Counted from the first letter of the stretch, positions 1 to 9,918 are shown. The stretch: 64,000 nucleotides of DNA from Anaerolineae bacterium (GCA_035347995.1 DAOPQD010000005.1:6433-70432); one strand, 5' to 3'. A program made the numbers and translations. The notes: generated by a model not told the origin, from the letters alone.

Positions 1-281
1 AACCCGTGGCCCACCAGGGGAAGCCGCGGCAACCCCATCTGCTGCATGAATAGCGCCACCTGGGCCACGTAACTGTCAATGGAATAACGGGTGCGATTCT
101 TGTCCGAGTCCCCAAAGCCCCAGAAATCGAGCGCGTAGGCGCGATACGACGAGGACAACGCGACCATCGTCGGCACCCAGTAACGCCAGGAACCGAGCCA
201 GCCGTGCAGGAAAAGCAGCGGTTTTCCGCGGCCCAAAGCCTCGTAGTGGGCAAGGCTGCTTTCCAGAATGACGGCACTCAT
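1..281 (-). CDS. alpha/beta-fold hydrolase, N-terminal part only (gene runs off the left edge)
   Basis: Own translation of the minus strand from the ATG at 281-279 gives MSAVILESSLAHYEALGRGKPLLFLHGWLGSWRYWVPTM..YALDFWGFGDS..LVGHG. Clear paralogue of the 9133..9918 product. Absent from the ORF track because it is truncated. Confidence 0.8.
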   Translation of the reverse strand, partial: MSAVILESSLAHYEALGRGKPLLFLHGWLGSWRYWVPTMVALSSSYRAYALDFWGFGDSDKNRTRYSIDSYVAQVALFMQQMGLPRLPLVGHG

Positions 282-300
282 CCGTTCACGCTCCGCAAGT

Positions 301-678
301 TCAGGCTTTCCCGTACTGCTGCAGAATCTGCTTCACTTGTTTGATCAGCTCATCAGGCGCAAAGGGCTTGAGAATATACTGCGCCGCCCCGACGCTGAGC
401 CCTTCTTGAATTTCGCTTTCCTGGCCCTTGGCCGAAAGGAACACCACCGGCGTAGATTGCATCTCCGGTATCTGCATCAACGCGGCGCAGGCCTGATAGC
501 CGGTCATGCGCGGCATCCGCACGTCCATCAAGATGAGATCCGGCCTGACCTGCGGCGCCCTTTCCACCGCCTCGGCCCCGTTAGCCGCCAGTTCCACCTC
601 GAAACCGGCAAAGCGGAGGGTGAAGGCAATCAGCTCGCGAATATCACGTTCATCTTCGGCTACGAGGATCTTGACCAT
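301..678 (-). CDS. single-domain response regulator (CheY-like receiver)
   Basis: 125 aa. Motifs KILVAEDERDIRE, DLILMDVRMPRMTG, SAKG, ILKPF. Lies 3 nt downstream of the kinase stop. Confidence 0.9.
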   Translation of the reverse strand: MVKILVAEDERDIRELIAFTLRFAGFEVELAANGAEAVERAPQVRPDLILMDVRMPRMTGYQACAALMQIPEMQSTPVVFLSAKGQESEIQEGLSVGAAQYILKPFAPDELIKQVKQILQQYGKA

Positions 679-681
679 CCA

Positions 682-3600
682 TCACTCCTTGTTCCCGTCA
701 GCACTTTCTACCAGGCGGGAAATCTCCTCTCCCAACTCCTCCATCGAGAAAGGCTTCGTGACAAAACGTGTTGCCCCCAGCGCTTTCATCGCCGATGCGC
801 TCCCATTCCCCGGTTCGGCAAAACCCGTCATCACCACGACGGGGATGTTGGCCGTAGCGGGATGGCGCTTCAATTGTTGGAGCACCTCATAGCCATCCAT
901 GCCCGGCAACTTCAAATCCAGCAAAATCAGGGAGGGTGGCTGCTCCTGAGCCATCCGCAACGCCCGCTCACCGCGGGTCACCGTCCGCACCTGCAAGCCC
1001 TGCGCCCGCAAGGCCGTCCGCAGCAAAGTCAGGGTGTCCCGATCGTCATCTACTACCAGGACCGTGCCTTTGCCGGCCAATACCCGATTCACGACCTGCA
1101 ACAACCGGGCTTCATCCACCGGCTTGGTGAAATAATCCACCGCTCCCAATCGCAGCCCGCGATCCTGATCAAAAACCACTGAGACAATCACCACCGGGAT
1201 GGACGCCGTGTCGGGGTTGCGTTTGAGGAGCTGCAACACCTCAAAACCGTCCAGATCGGGGAGGCGGATATCCAGCGAGATCAAATCCGGCTGTTCCTGA
1301 CGCGCCAGGCGCAACGCCGCTTCCCCCGAGGCGGCCACCACAACCCGATGCCCCTCGTGTTCCAGCGTCAGCCGCAACATTTCGGCGACTTCGGGATCAT
1401 CCTCGACGACAAGAACGGTGGCCGCGGCATTCGCCCCCAATCCGGCAGGCGGACGCCCCACCGGCGCCGTCGCTTCCCCTTCCGCCAGCGGGAACGTCAC
1501 GGTGAAAATACTGCCCTCTCCCGGCTCACTTTCCACAGAAATTTGACCGCCGTGCATCTGCACCAGCGAGGCCGTGATCGCCAACCCCAGACCCGTGCCG
1601 CCCGCCTCCGACACCAGCGGGTTATCCACACGATAGAAGCGTGAGAAAATCCGGCTTTGATCCTCTGGCGAGATGCCAATGCCCGTATCGGCTACGGCGA
1701 TATGGAACATCTCCTCCCGGACATAAGCATAGATGGCGATCTCGCCGCCCAGCGGCGTGTATTTGAAGGCGTTTCCCACCAAGTTGGTGAGAATTTGCAC
1801 CATCCGATCGGGATCCCCGTAAGCCAACGGCAGGCCCTCCGGCAGAACGGTGCGGATCTGCAGCCCCTTCTCTTCAATCTTGGGCGTGAGTGTGACCGCC
1901 ACCTGCCGGATCAGCTCCGCCATGTCTACCGGCTGACAATGAAGCTCCACCTTGCCGCCCTCAATACGCGACATATCCAGCAAATCGTTCACCAGGCTCG
2001 TCAACCGATCGGTGTTGTTGCGAATGATGTTCAGGAATTGCACCTGCATGTCGGTGAGCGGGCCGGTAGCCCCCATCAACAGCAGATCCACATATCCCTT
2101 CACCGAGGTCATCGGCGTGCGCAACTCATGCGAAACCGTGGAGACAAACTCGCTCTTGGCGCGGTCGGCCTCCACCTCCGCCGTGATGTCGCGGAAGGCC
2201 GCCACGACCCCCAGGAACTCGCGGATCGGCGAGATGACCGGCGATAAATGCATACTCACGACTTGCCGCCCCAGTTCCAACCGTTCCGAGAGGAAATCAC
2301 CGCTCTGGTAGCTGCCCGGTTCCGCCTCCCACACCGCGATCTGCTCCAGCCAGCCGCGCACTTTGTCGCCGTAGAGCCCCAATACCTCACTCAGCGAACG
2401 TCCCATCGCCTGCGCGCGATTCAGCGTGAGGATGCGCTCCGCCGCCGCATTGAAGAGGATGATCTTGCCGCGAGCGTCTGCCACCAGCACGCCGTCGGCG
2501 ATGCCTTCGAGAATGGCCTGACTGCGAGCGGCTTCGTTCTGCTGGGTGCGCAGCATCGAGCCTACCCGCTCCGCCTGCTCGCGGATCAAACGATACAGCT
2601 CCGCGTTGTTGAGTGCATGACCGACCTGCACCGCGGCGGCTTCCACCAGCCGCTGATCCCCAGTGTCAAAGGCGTCCACCTCGGGCGAATGCAGAAAGAT
2701 CACGCCGACGGTTTCATCGCCGGCCGTGATCGGTACCGCAAGCACCGAGCGCGTGTCGTCCTCGATGGGAATCCAGCGCGCATCGAGACGCACGTCGGGC
2801 ACCATCGCCGATTGCCGGTTCGTGAGCACCCACCCCACCAGGCCCTCGTTGCGCTTGTAAGGCGCTCGCACACCCCCTGGCGGGACAGATTTGCCGCCCC
2901 CGACTGAGGCCCGTTGCTGCAAATGGCCCGTGTTCTGATCCAGCAGCAACACGGTCGCCCGCTCGGCGCGCACCGCGTCTTTGAGCATCGAGACCGTCTT
3001 GTGCAGCACCCGATCAATGTCGAGGCTGGCCACCAGGCCGGAGGCAATTTCGTACAGGATCGTCGAGCGGTCACGCTCAGTGCGCAGGCTATTCAGAGCT
3101 TCGGCCAGCTCCGCCGTGCGCTCTTCCACTCGCCGTTCCAGCTCCGCCGAGAAGTTCTTGACCTCCTCGAAGAGCTGCGCATTTTCCACCGCCACCGAGA
3201 TCTGGTCGGCGAGCATCGTCAACGTCGCCACCTGCAGCGGCTCGAGGATCCCGGCCTCGCGGCGTTCCGCGCTGAGCACTCCCACCGTGCGCCCGGCGAC
3301 CTGCAACGGCACAAGCAACGCCGACCCCACCGGCAACGGCCCCGGCGTGAAGCGCGGCTCGCCGCGCACGTCATCCAACGCCAACGGCATGCCGGATTCC
3401 ACGACGGCGCCCACCAGTCCTGCCCCCGGTTCCACCTGCAGCCCCTCGCCCAACAAACTCAGATCATACCCCGAGGACGCGCGCGGCGTCAGCGCCGTCT
3501 GACCCCGAGCTTGCAGGTACACCGTCGCATAATCATAGCCCAACAAATTGGTGACCGCTTGCGCCACCGTGTTGAGGACCAGCGAGAGGTCGAGTTTGGT

Positions 3601-5055
3601 CGTGATCGAGCGGCTCAGTTCGTTGAGCAACATCAGGGTGTTCAGCTGCAGCCGCAGGTTTTCCACCAGCCGGTTGTTGGCGATGACCACCCCAATCTGC
3701 GCCGCGAACAGCTCCAGGACTTCCAGGGAGGCCCGCGTCGGCGCCCGTCCGTCCAGAGGCTCGTCCACCGACAGATAGCCGACGGCATCGCCCTGCGGGC
3801 CATACAGCGGGACCAGCAACAGGTCCTGCGGATGCCACATGCCGGGGCGGCGAGCCTCAGGCAGGGCCACCTCCACCTCAAACACGTCCAGTTCCCCACG
3901 CCAGATGTGTTGCTGTTCAGCCGGAATGTAATAGCAGTTGCCGATGCGGAATTGCTCTTGCAGCAAGCGTGCGATCTGCGACCAGGGGCGGCGCACCTGC
4001 TTGAGGCGCTCCAAATCCACCAGGGGCATCCCTGCCCCGGCGACGCGCCGCACCATCTGCCCCTCAATCACGCTGATGAGCACGATCTCATAGCCGACCG
4101 CTTCTTGTGTGGCATACGCCATGTCCAACAGGGTCTCTTCGAGGGGGCGATCGGAACGCATCGTCCGCGTGGCTTCCAACAACAAGCGCATCTGCTCGGC
4201 GCGTTCCCGCACAAAGTTGCCCCGCAGCAGTTGCTCCTGATAGCGCCGATCGTTTCCCACCGCCAGCGCCGTTTCCGCCGCCAGCCCGTCCATGAAATCA
4301 ATCGCCGCCGGATTCAACGCCTGCGGTTGGCGGCAGTGCAGCACGATGGCCGCTGCCAGCTGCCCCTCATAAAAGACGGGCGACCACAATTCAGTCTGCA
4401 TCCCGGCCTGGTATGCCGGCGTCGGGTGCAGCTCGGCGAGATTGGGAATGTAGCGAGTGACTGGCTGCCGCATGAAAGCCACCAGCGAAGGGTCGGTCTC
4501 AGCATGGGCCAGTAGCTCCTCGTAAGCGGCGGAGGTGGCCTCCGGATAGCCCTGTGCCAGCGCCAGGGTAGGGAGCTCGTCGCGCCAGAGCCAGACCATC
4601 CCCGCATCCGCGTGAGTGAACCGCCGCGCTTCTTCCAGCACCAATTGGAGAATCCGCCCCAGTTCCAGCGTGCTGGCGATCTCCTGGGTGATGCGCCGCA
4701 AGGCGGCTTCCGAGGCAACGCGCCGCGCGACTTCCTGCTCCGCCGCCTGGGCGCGCCGGGCCTGCGCTTGCCATGCCGACGCCAGCGTAGCCCCGGCACC
4801 CGCTAAAAAGGCCGCCACGGCCCAATGCAACCACAGCGTCGGCGTGCGCCACACGGCCAACACCGCCAGCGCGAATAAAATGAGGGCCGTCAGCCAGACA
4901 CGCCGTCGCCCCTGCAGGCCCCCCAACACCGCCGGCAGGATCAACAGGTACAGCCCCACGGGCAGCGCGCCGCTATACAGCAGCAGCAACGCCAGCGCGC
5001 TGCTCAGCAACACCGCGCCCCATCCAGGCTGGAAAGAAGTCAACCGCTCACGCAT
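682..5055 (-). CDS. hybrid sensor histidine kinase (TM, multiple GAF, PAS, HisKA, HATPase_c, two receiver domains)
   Basis: 1457 aa. Hydrophobic N-terminus and repeated GAF-like blocks. H-box SHELRTPMTSV; N/G boxes NLVGNAFKYT, DTGIGI, GGTGLGL. Two C-terminal receivers (VLVVEDDPEV.., VLVVDDDRDT..). Confidence 0.9.
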   Translation of the reverse strand: MRERLTSFQPGWGAVLLSSALALLLLYSGALPVGLYLLILPAVLGGLQGRRRVWLTALILFALAVLAVWRTPTLWLHWAVAAFLAGAGATLASAWQAQARRAQAAEQEVARRVASEAALRRITQEIASTLELGRILQLVLEEARRFTHADAGMVWLWRDELPTLALAQGYPEATSAAYEELLAHAETDPSLVAFMRQPVTRYIPNLAELHPTPAYQAGMQTELWSPVFYEGQLAAAIVLHCRQPQALNPAAIDFMDGLAAETALAVGNDRRYQEQLLRGNFVRERAEQMRLLLEATRTMRSDRPLEETLLDMAYATQEAVGYEIVLISVIEGQMVRRVAGAGMPLVDLERLKQVRRPWSQIARLLQEQFRIGNCYYIPAEQQHIWRGELDVFEVEVALPEARRPGMWHPQDLLLVPLYGPQGDAVGYLSVDEPLDGRAPTRASLEVLELFAAQIGVVIANNRLVENLRLQLNTLMLLNELSRSITTKLDLSLVLNTVAQAVTNLLGYDYATVYLQARGQTALTPRASSGYDLSLLGEGLQVEPGAGLVGAVVESGMPLALDDVRGEPRFTPGPLPVGSALLVPLQVAGRTVGVLSAERREAGILEPLQVATLTMLADQISVAVENAQLFEEVKNFSAELERRVEERTAELAEALNSLRTERDRSTILYEIASGLVASLDIDRVLHKTVSMLKDAVRAERATVLLLDQNTGHLQQRASVGGGKSVPPGGVRAPYKRNEGLVGWVLTNRQSAMVPDVRLDARWIPIEDDTRSVLAVPITAGDETVGVIFLHSPEVDAFDTGDQRLVEAAAVQVGHALNNAELYRLIREQAERVGSMLRTQQNEAARSQAILEGIADGVLVADARGKIILFNAAAERILTLNRAQAMGRSLSEVLGLYGDKVRGWLEQIAVWEAEPGSYQSGDFLSERLELGRQVVSMHLSPVISPIREFLGVVAAFRDITAEVEADRAKSEFVSTVSHELRTPMTSVKGYVDLLLMGATGPLTDMQVQFLNIIRNNTDRLTSLVNDLLDMSRIEGGKVELHCQPVDMAELIRQVAVTLTPKIEEKGLQIRTVLPEGLPLAYGDPDRMVQILTNLVGNAFKYTPLGGEIAIYAYVREEMFHIAVADTGIGISPEDQSRIFSRFYRVDNPLVSEAGGTGLGLAITASLVQMHGGQISVESEPGEGSIFTVTFPLAEGEATAPVGRPPAGLGANAAATVLVVEDDPEVAEMLRLTLEHEGHRVVVAASGEAALRLARQEQPDLISLDIRLPDLDGFEVLQLLKRNPDTASIPVVIVSVVFDQDRGLRLGAVDYFTKPVDEARLLQVVNRVLAGKGTVLVVDDDRDTLTLLRTALRAQGLQVRTVTRGERALRMAQEQPPSLILLDLKLPGMDGYEVLQQLKRHPATANIPVVVMTGFAEPGNGSASAMKALGATRFVTKPFSMEELGEEISRLVESADGNKE

Positions 5056-5123
5056 CTTTTCCCATCAACCCCAAACAATTTTTACGTCCCAATAGGAAAA
5101 TATTGCAAAAAAAGTCCACGGAC

Positions 5124-6017
5124 TTAAGATTTCCGCGCCCGTCGGCGCGCCTCGGCTGCCGCCTCCGTCACCTCACGAATGTCAGTGAAAGGGCCCTCGT
5201 CGGCTGAAAGCATGCCGATCTGCAGGTGCATCAAGGGCACATGCTTTTCCTCACCCTTGCTGTCATGCACCACCAGGTATCCCTGCATTCGGGTCATGAA
5301 GTCGTAGTGCGTCCCCACATTCTCCTCGAAGCGCCGTTCGAGGTCCTCTTTGAGCTGCGGCATGATCGCTTTGCGGGTAATGACAATGAAGTTATCGCCT
5401 CCGATATGACCGATGAAATCCTCCGGATAGCCGAGACGCTCCACGGCCTCATTGAGCACCAGCGCCGTGAAGCGCAAGACCTCCTCGCCCGCCACGAAGC
5501 CATACACCTCGTTAAAGGCGTCCAGCCCCGGAATGCCGATGTAGAGGATGCCCCAATCCGCCAGGCGCAGCAGCTGCCGCAATTGTTGCTCGATCAGCCG
5601 GCCGCTCGGCAGGCCGGTCGTCGGGCTCGTCAGACTCTCGATCTCGGCGCGCTTGATGGTGTTCCGCACGCGCAACCGCAGCTCTTCCACGTCGAAGGGC
5701 TTGGTGATGTAGTCATCGGCACCCAACTCCAGGCCGTGGATTTTGTCGCTGCGTTCGTCTTTCTGCGTGAGGAAAAGAATGGGGATATGACTGGTACGCA
5801 GGTTGGTACGCAGCTGCCGGCAGACTTCATACCCGTCAATGTCGGGAAGCATGATGTCCAGGACGATCACATTGGGGAGCAACTGTCGCGTTGCCTCCAG
5901 CGCATCCTGTCCCCGCGGCGCAACATGCACTTCGTACTCCAGGGATCTGAAATACAGCTGTAACATGTTGGAGATGTCGGGATCGTCTTCCACTACCAGA
6001 ATACGGCCTTCACTCAT
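5124..6017 (-). CDS. response regulator with GGDEF-type output domain (signature degenerate: GGDNF)
   Basis: 297 aa. Receiver motifs ILVVEDDPDI, LDIMLPDIDG, ITKPF. The C-terminal cyclase-fold domain has IGGDNFIV where GG(D/E)EF is expected. Confidence 0.85.
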   Translation of the reverse strand: MSEGRILVVEDDPDISNMLQLYFRSLEYEVHVAPRGQDALEATRQLLPNVIVLDIMLPDIDGYEVCRQLRTNLRTSHIPILFLTQKDERSDKIHGLELGADDYITKPFDVEELRLRVRNTIKRAEIESLTSPTTGLPSGRLIEQQLRQLLRLADWGILYIGIPGLDAFNEVYGFVAGEEVLRFTALVLNEAVERLGYPEDFIGHIGGDNFIVITRKAIMPQLKEDLERRFEENVGTHYDFMTRMQGYLVVHDSKGEEKHVPLMHLQIGMLSADEGPFTDIREVTEAAAEARRRARKS

Positions 6018-6070
6018 GTCCTACCTCCTGCCCCGCGAATCCACAGTGGGTCGGGGGTGCCTTTGTGACC

Positions 6071-7147
6071 TCAGGTTGCTCGCGCTTGGGCCTTGACGCG
6101 CGCGATGGTCGCGTCAGGCAGCACCTGCTCGAAACTGCGCAGAGCCGCCAGGCGGAAGCCGTGCTTTTCCGCCACGGCGTCTATGTCCTCCATCTGCTCA
6201 AGCGTTAAGTCTTTGCCCAAAGAATAGTCCTCGAAGCGCCCTTCCAGCGCCAGGGTCATGGTCTCTGCCATACATCCAAAGGTCAACGTCGGCGGCAGCC
6301 CATAATCGAAGCCGAAATCTACCGCGCCGGGCACTTCCGCCAATCCGCCATCGAAGACAAGCACGTCATCTCGCGCCTGCGCCACCTGCCAGGAGACGTC
6401 CCTCGGACGCGAAACATCACAGACCACCGCTCCGCGACGCAAGTGCTCCGGACGCACCAGGTTCCCCCCCGCGCTGGTCACGGTGATCACCACTTCCGCC
6501 TGTTGAATATCGGCGACTTCTGTAGAAAGCCGCACCTCAGGCGCCCCGCCGGCCCGCAGTCGCTCGCCGAGGGGCTCCAGGTGTCGCAACTCACGTCCGA
6601 CCAACAGCACCGAGCCGAATTCACGCGCCAGACTTTGCGTCACGATGCTACCGATAGCCCCGGCCGCGCCGACTACCGCCAGGGTCACGGCGGCGGGATC
6701 GTACTCCATCCGCCGCACCGCCTCACGGGTCGCGCGAATGGCCAGCGCCGCGGTGTAGCTGTCGCCGGAAGTGACGGCCAGATCCAGAGCGCGGGCGATC
6801 GTCACCCCGCCATCTCCCACGACCGAGGTGTAAGCCCCTAACCCCAGGATTTGCGCCCCCAGGCGCTCCGCCATCCGTCCCGCGGCGATGATTTTACGGT
6901 ACACCTCCGTCGGCGGCAGCTGCAACATCCGCTGCACGGTGTAGGGCACGGCGAGCAGCCACCCCTCGATCTCTTTGCCCGTCGCCGCCGAGCGCACCCC
7001 CGTGACATGGGAGATGTACACCGGCGGCCAAAAACGCGAGGCAAAATCAATCACCGGCTCAGGCAACATCCGCCCCAGCAGGGGATACTTGCGTGCCACA
7101 TCGCGTTTGGCCGACAGCGGATGAATGATAAAGGCAAACGCATCCAT
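6071..7147 (-). CDS. acyl-ACP reductase (Aar)-family / shikimate-dehydrogenase-like NAD(P) oxidoreductase
   Basis: 358 aa. By-eye alignment to my recollection of cyanobacterial Aar: FAFIIHP, LGLGAYTSVV, Rossmann VVGAAGAIGS, FGCMAETMTLALEG (Cys aligned with the Aar catalytic Cys), LEQMEDIDAVAEKHGF. Confidence 0.7.
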   Translation of the reverse strand: MDAFAFIIHPLSAKRDVARKYPLLGRMLPEPVIDFASRFWPPVYISHVTGVRSAATGKEIEGWLLAVPYTVQRMLQLPPTEVYRKIIAAGRMAERLGAQILGLGAYTSVVGDGGVTIARALDLAVTSGDSYTAALAIRATREAVRRMEYDPAAVTLAVVGAAGAIGSIVTQSLAREFGSVLLVGRELRHLEPLGERLRAGGAPEVRLSTEVADIQQAEVVITVTSAGGNLVRPEHLRRGAVVCDVSRPRDVSWQVAQARDDVLVFDGGLAEVPGAVDFGFDYGLPPTLTFGCMAETMTLALEGRFEDYSLGKDLTLEQMEDIDAVAEKHGFRLAALRSFEQVLPDATIARVKAQARAT

Positions 7148-7161
7148 AAATTTTTCGTGTT

Positions 7162-8415
7162 TTAACGAGGATACAATCTTGGATGTGCGATCTCCGGATT
7201 CGGCAGCTTCCAGTGATCGCTGTCCTCGTAAGTAATATTCCGATCAATGACCCGGCGTTCAGGCGAGGCAAACAGGATCACATCGGACTCAATCATCCGC
7301 GCCGGGAAGATGACCATCCCCGAGCCAATGCGGACATGATGTCCTACCGCCGAACCGATCACCGACAGGCCGGTGTTTTCCAGGCGTCCGCCGAAGTGCG
7401 ATCGAATGGGAATAGTTGGGACCAGGTTGAAATCGGTGAAGGTGTTGCCCGCGCCGATGAACGTCTCCCGTCCCACGACGCACATCTGCAAGCAGGTATT
7501 CTGCGCCACCATGCAATCTTCCATCAGCACCGTTTCGAACAGCGAGGCGCGAAAAGGCAGGAACGTCCCGTCGCCGACGACGCTCAACAGCATCTGACAC
7601 CCGTGAGAGATATTCACATTGTCACCCAACACGCAGTTGGCGATCATGGCTCCCGCCCCAATCGTGACGTTGTTACCGATGATCGTCGGCCCCTGGATGA
7701 TTGCCGTAGGATCAATCTGACAATTCTTACCCACCTGCACCAGGGCAGAGCTCCCCAGCAGTTGCCGGCGCTCGAGCATCGCCTGCCACAACAAGCGCAG
7801 GTTCAGCCCCAAGTCCTTTTCCAGAGAGCGCTCGAAACGCGCCCCAATGGAAAAAATGCCAAACATGACGTTGGCAAAAAGAATGTGGATCCAATGCTCG
7901 ATAGAAAGGAACGCCTTGGTAGGCAGCTGATACACCAAATCGCCGTAGACGTTGGACATGTGAGTCGGCACATGGTAGTATCCCGCTTCTCGCGGCTCGG
8001 TGTGCATCACCAGCGGGCGCACCACCGGCTCGATGCCGTAGGGATAATACCACAAGTCCGCCACATACACGTTGCCCTGACGCCGAATGCCCCGCTGCAA
8101 ATAGATCGCATGTTGCGAAATGGCGGGGTCATCCAGCTCGAAGGCCACCTGACAGGCTTTCCCCAGGCTACGCGCCTGCACGATAAATTCGTCAATGAAG
8201 GGCTGATCGAAATAAAGATTCTCACGGTACACGAGCGTCTCGACGCGGTCATGCCCGATCTCGGAAAGAGAATCCACCTCCAACTCTTCGGTCGTGTAGG
8301 GTACCAGGATGTCCCGTTGATGAAGCCACAACGGCTTACACAGCACGCTCAGATCGCGCGCGGGCTCGTTGAACGGCGGTATTTTGCGTTTTTCGCGCAG
8401 GATGATTTTACGCAC
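7162..8415 (-). CDS. hexapeptide-repeat (left-handed beta-helix) protein with uncharacterised N-terminal half
   Basis: 417 aa. The C-terminal half shows imperfect [LIV]-G-x4 hexads (IIGNNVTIGAGAMIANCVLGDNVNISHGC..). I could not recognise the N-terminal ~210 aa. Confidence 0.65.
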   Translation of the reverse strand: MRKIILREKRKIPPFNEPARDLSVLCKPLWLHQRDILVPYTTEELEVDSLSEIGHDRVETLVYRENLYFDQPFIDEFIVQARSLGKACQVAFELDDPAISQHAIYLQRGIRRQGNVYVADLWYYPYGIEPVVRPLVMHTEPREAGYYHVPTHMSNVYGDLVYQLPTKAFLSIEHWIHILFANVMFGIFSIGARFERSLEKDLGLNLRLLWQAMLERRQLLGSSALVQVGKNCQIDPTAIIQGPTIIGNNVTIGAGAMIANCVLGDNVNISHGCQMLLSVVGDGTFLPFRASLFETVLMEDCMVAQNTCLQMCVVGRETFIGAGNTFTDFNLVPTIPIRSHFGGRLENTGLSVIGSAVGHHVRIGSGMVIFPARMIESDVILFASPERRVIDRNITYEDSDHWKLPNPEIAHPRLYPR

Positions 8416-8470
8416 CGAGCTGCTTCCTTATCCACCCAGCGTTACGGAACCCACCCAGCGTTACGGACGA

Positions 8471-9136
8471 TTACACCCCAGGCGTTCGCCCAATCTGGAA
8501 CGTGCAGGCGGGGTCCCCTAAGGCGATGCACGTCACTTCTGCAACCTCGAAGGGCTTGCCCCCACTTGCCCAATATAGCGTCTCCGCCAGCAATCCTGTC
8601 ATCAGAGAACAGACCGGATAGCTCGCCCGCCAGCCCCAACAAAAGCCGCACTGCTTCATGATCCAGAAGTAGCTCTCCGCCGTCTCCGACAATTGCACCT
8701 GCTGCGCCGCATAACGGTTGAGGATCTCCGCCAGGACCTCCAGGCTCAGGCGCACCCGAAAAGTGAGCGGCAGAATACGGAACATCACGTCGGCGACGCT
8801 CAGCAAGCCGCCAAAATCCTGGACGCCATACCGAAACGCGACACGCCCCGCGCGCAGGCAGAGCTGTTGCCCGCTGTGCGCCCCGTGCAATTCATCTATC
8901 GCCGTGAGCAGCTGCGCCACCGCCGTAAACGACAAGGCCGGCTCGAAGTTGGTCGGCAATGGCCGCTCGCCCAGCTCCGGAAGACGGGCCGCCGTCAACA
9001 CGGCCTTCAGGCTGTTAGCTCCGAGCACTTCCTCCAGCGACAGGAGCAAAATGCGTACGAATTTATTGGGAAAGTACCCCTCCGCGTGCGGGTCGTCACC
9101 CGCGAGCTCCGCCTCAAACCGCTGCGCCATCGTCAC
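8471..9136 (-). CDS. V4R (4-vinyl-reductase-type) domain protein
   Basis: 221 aa. C-terminal pattern CGFCWG..VCSLMTGLLAE..EVTCIALGDPACTFQI is typical of V4R domains. 4-nt overlap with the upstream hydrolase gene. Confidence 0.7.
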   Translation of the reverse strand: MTMAQRFEAELAGDDPHAEGYFPNKFVRILLLSLEEVLGANSLKAVLTAARLPELGERPLPTNFEPALSFTAVAQLLTAIDELHGAHSGQQLCLRAGRVAFRYGVQDFGGLLSVADVMFRILPLTFRVRLSLEVLAEILNRYAAQQVQLSETAESYFWIMKQCGFCWGWRASYPVCSLMTGLLAETLYWASGGKPFEVAEVTCIALGDPACTFQIGRTPGV

Positions 9137-9918
9137 TGCAGATCCAGGAAATCCTGCACAACCTGGTTAAAATGGTCTTTTTCATCCAGCATGGGAAAAT
9201 GCCCGGAGCCTTCAAAGTAATGGATCAGCGCATGTTTGACTCCGGCCTGCAACACGTTGCCCTGATGGGGATCCACGATATTGTCCTTGACCCCATAAAC
9301 GCCCATGACCGGGATGCGCAGCTCTTGTAAGCGAGGGCGCAAATCGGTAAAGCGCAAATCGCGGATGCTATCCGAAAAAGAGTTCATCGTGGTGCTGGAT
9401 AAGTCCTTTTGAAACATCTCGTACCAGGTGCGCCAGTCGCGGGCGTAAAACCGCGAGGCGATCCGCATCCCAAAAGCGAAAGCGCGCGGGAACCGATACA
9501 GCAATCCGGCAATGCGCCGGTTACCGGCCAGTTTGAGCGGCACCGCCAGCCCTGAACCGACCACGGGGGAGCCTACCACCGCCACACGCGAGACCCGCTG
9601 CGGATACATCAACGCCAGGCTCAGCGAGACGGTCCCCCCCATCGAGTGCCCCATCACCGGCGCACGCTCCACACCCAGGCGTTCCATGAACTGATTCACC
9701 ATCTCCACATATTCGCCGACGGTGAATGCCCCGTGTTTGGCCGACTCGCCAAAGCCCCAGAAATCAAGCGCGTAGGTCTTGTACCTGGAAGCCAACAGCT
9801 GCATCGTGGGAAGCCAATAGCTCCACGAACCCAACCAGCAATGCAGCAAGATCACCGGCTTGCCGCGTCCGATGGCTTCATAGTGGACGATTCCACGATC
9901 GGTGACAATGGCTACCAT
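9133..9918 (-). CDS. alpha/beta-fold hydrolase
   Basis: 261 aa. HCWLGSW oxyanion region, nucleophile elbow GHSMGG, C-terminal GSGHFP. Paralogue of the partial gene at 1..281. Confidence 0.85.
   Translation of the reverse strand: MVAIVTDRGIVHYEAIGRGKPVILLHCWLGSWSYWLPTMQLLASRYKTYALDFWGFGESAKHGAFTVGEYVEMVNQFMERLGVERAPVMGHSMGGTVSLSLALMYPQRVSRVAVVGSPVVGSGLAVPLKLAGNRRIAGLLYRFPRAFAFGMRIASRFYARDWRTWYEMFQKDLSSTTMNSFSDSIRDLRFTDLRPRLQELRIPVMGVYGVKDNIVDPHQGNVLQAGVKHALIHYFEGSGHFPMLDEKDHFNQVVQDFLDLQ

Noticed and set aside
2914-4515. Long ORFs antisense to well-supported genes. Examples: 2914..4515(+), 11489..13327(+), 13913..15124(-), 15233..16972(-), 22896..24749(+), 24993..26009(-), 35488..36915(-), 38726..39754(+), 44092..45996(+), 49070..50098(+), 51125..52639(-), 55584..57539(-), 57606..59378(-).
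   Set aside because: They mirror genes that have clear domain signatures on the other strand. They are Arg/Pro/Gly/His-rich with no recognisable motifs. This is the expected stop-codon-poor antisense artefact of high-GC DNA.
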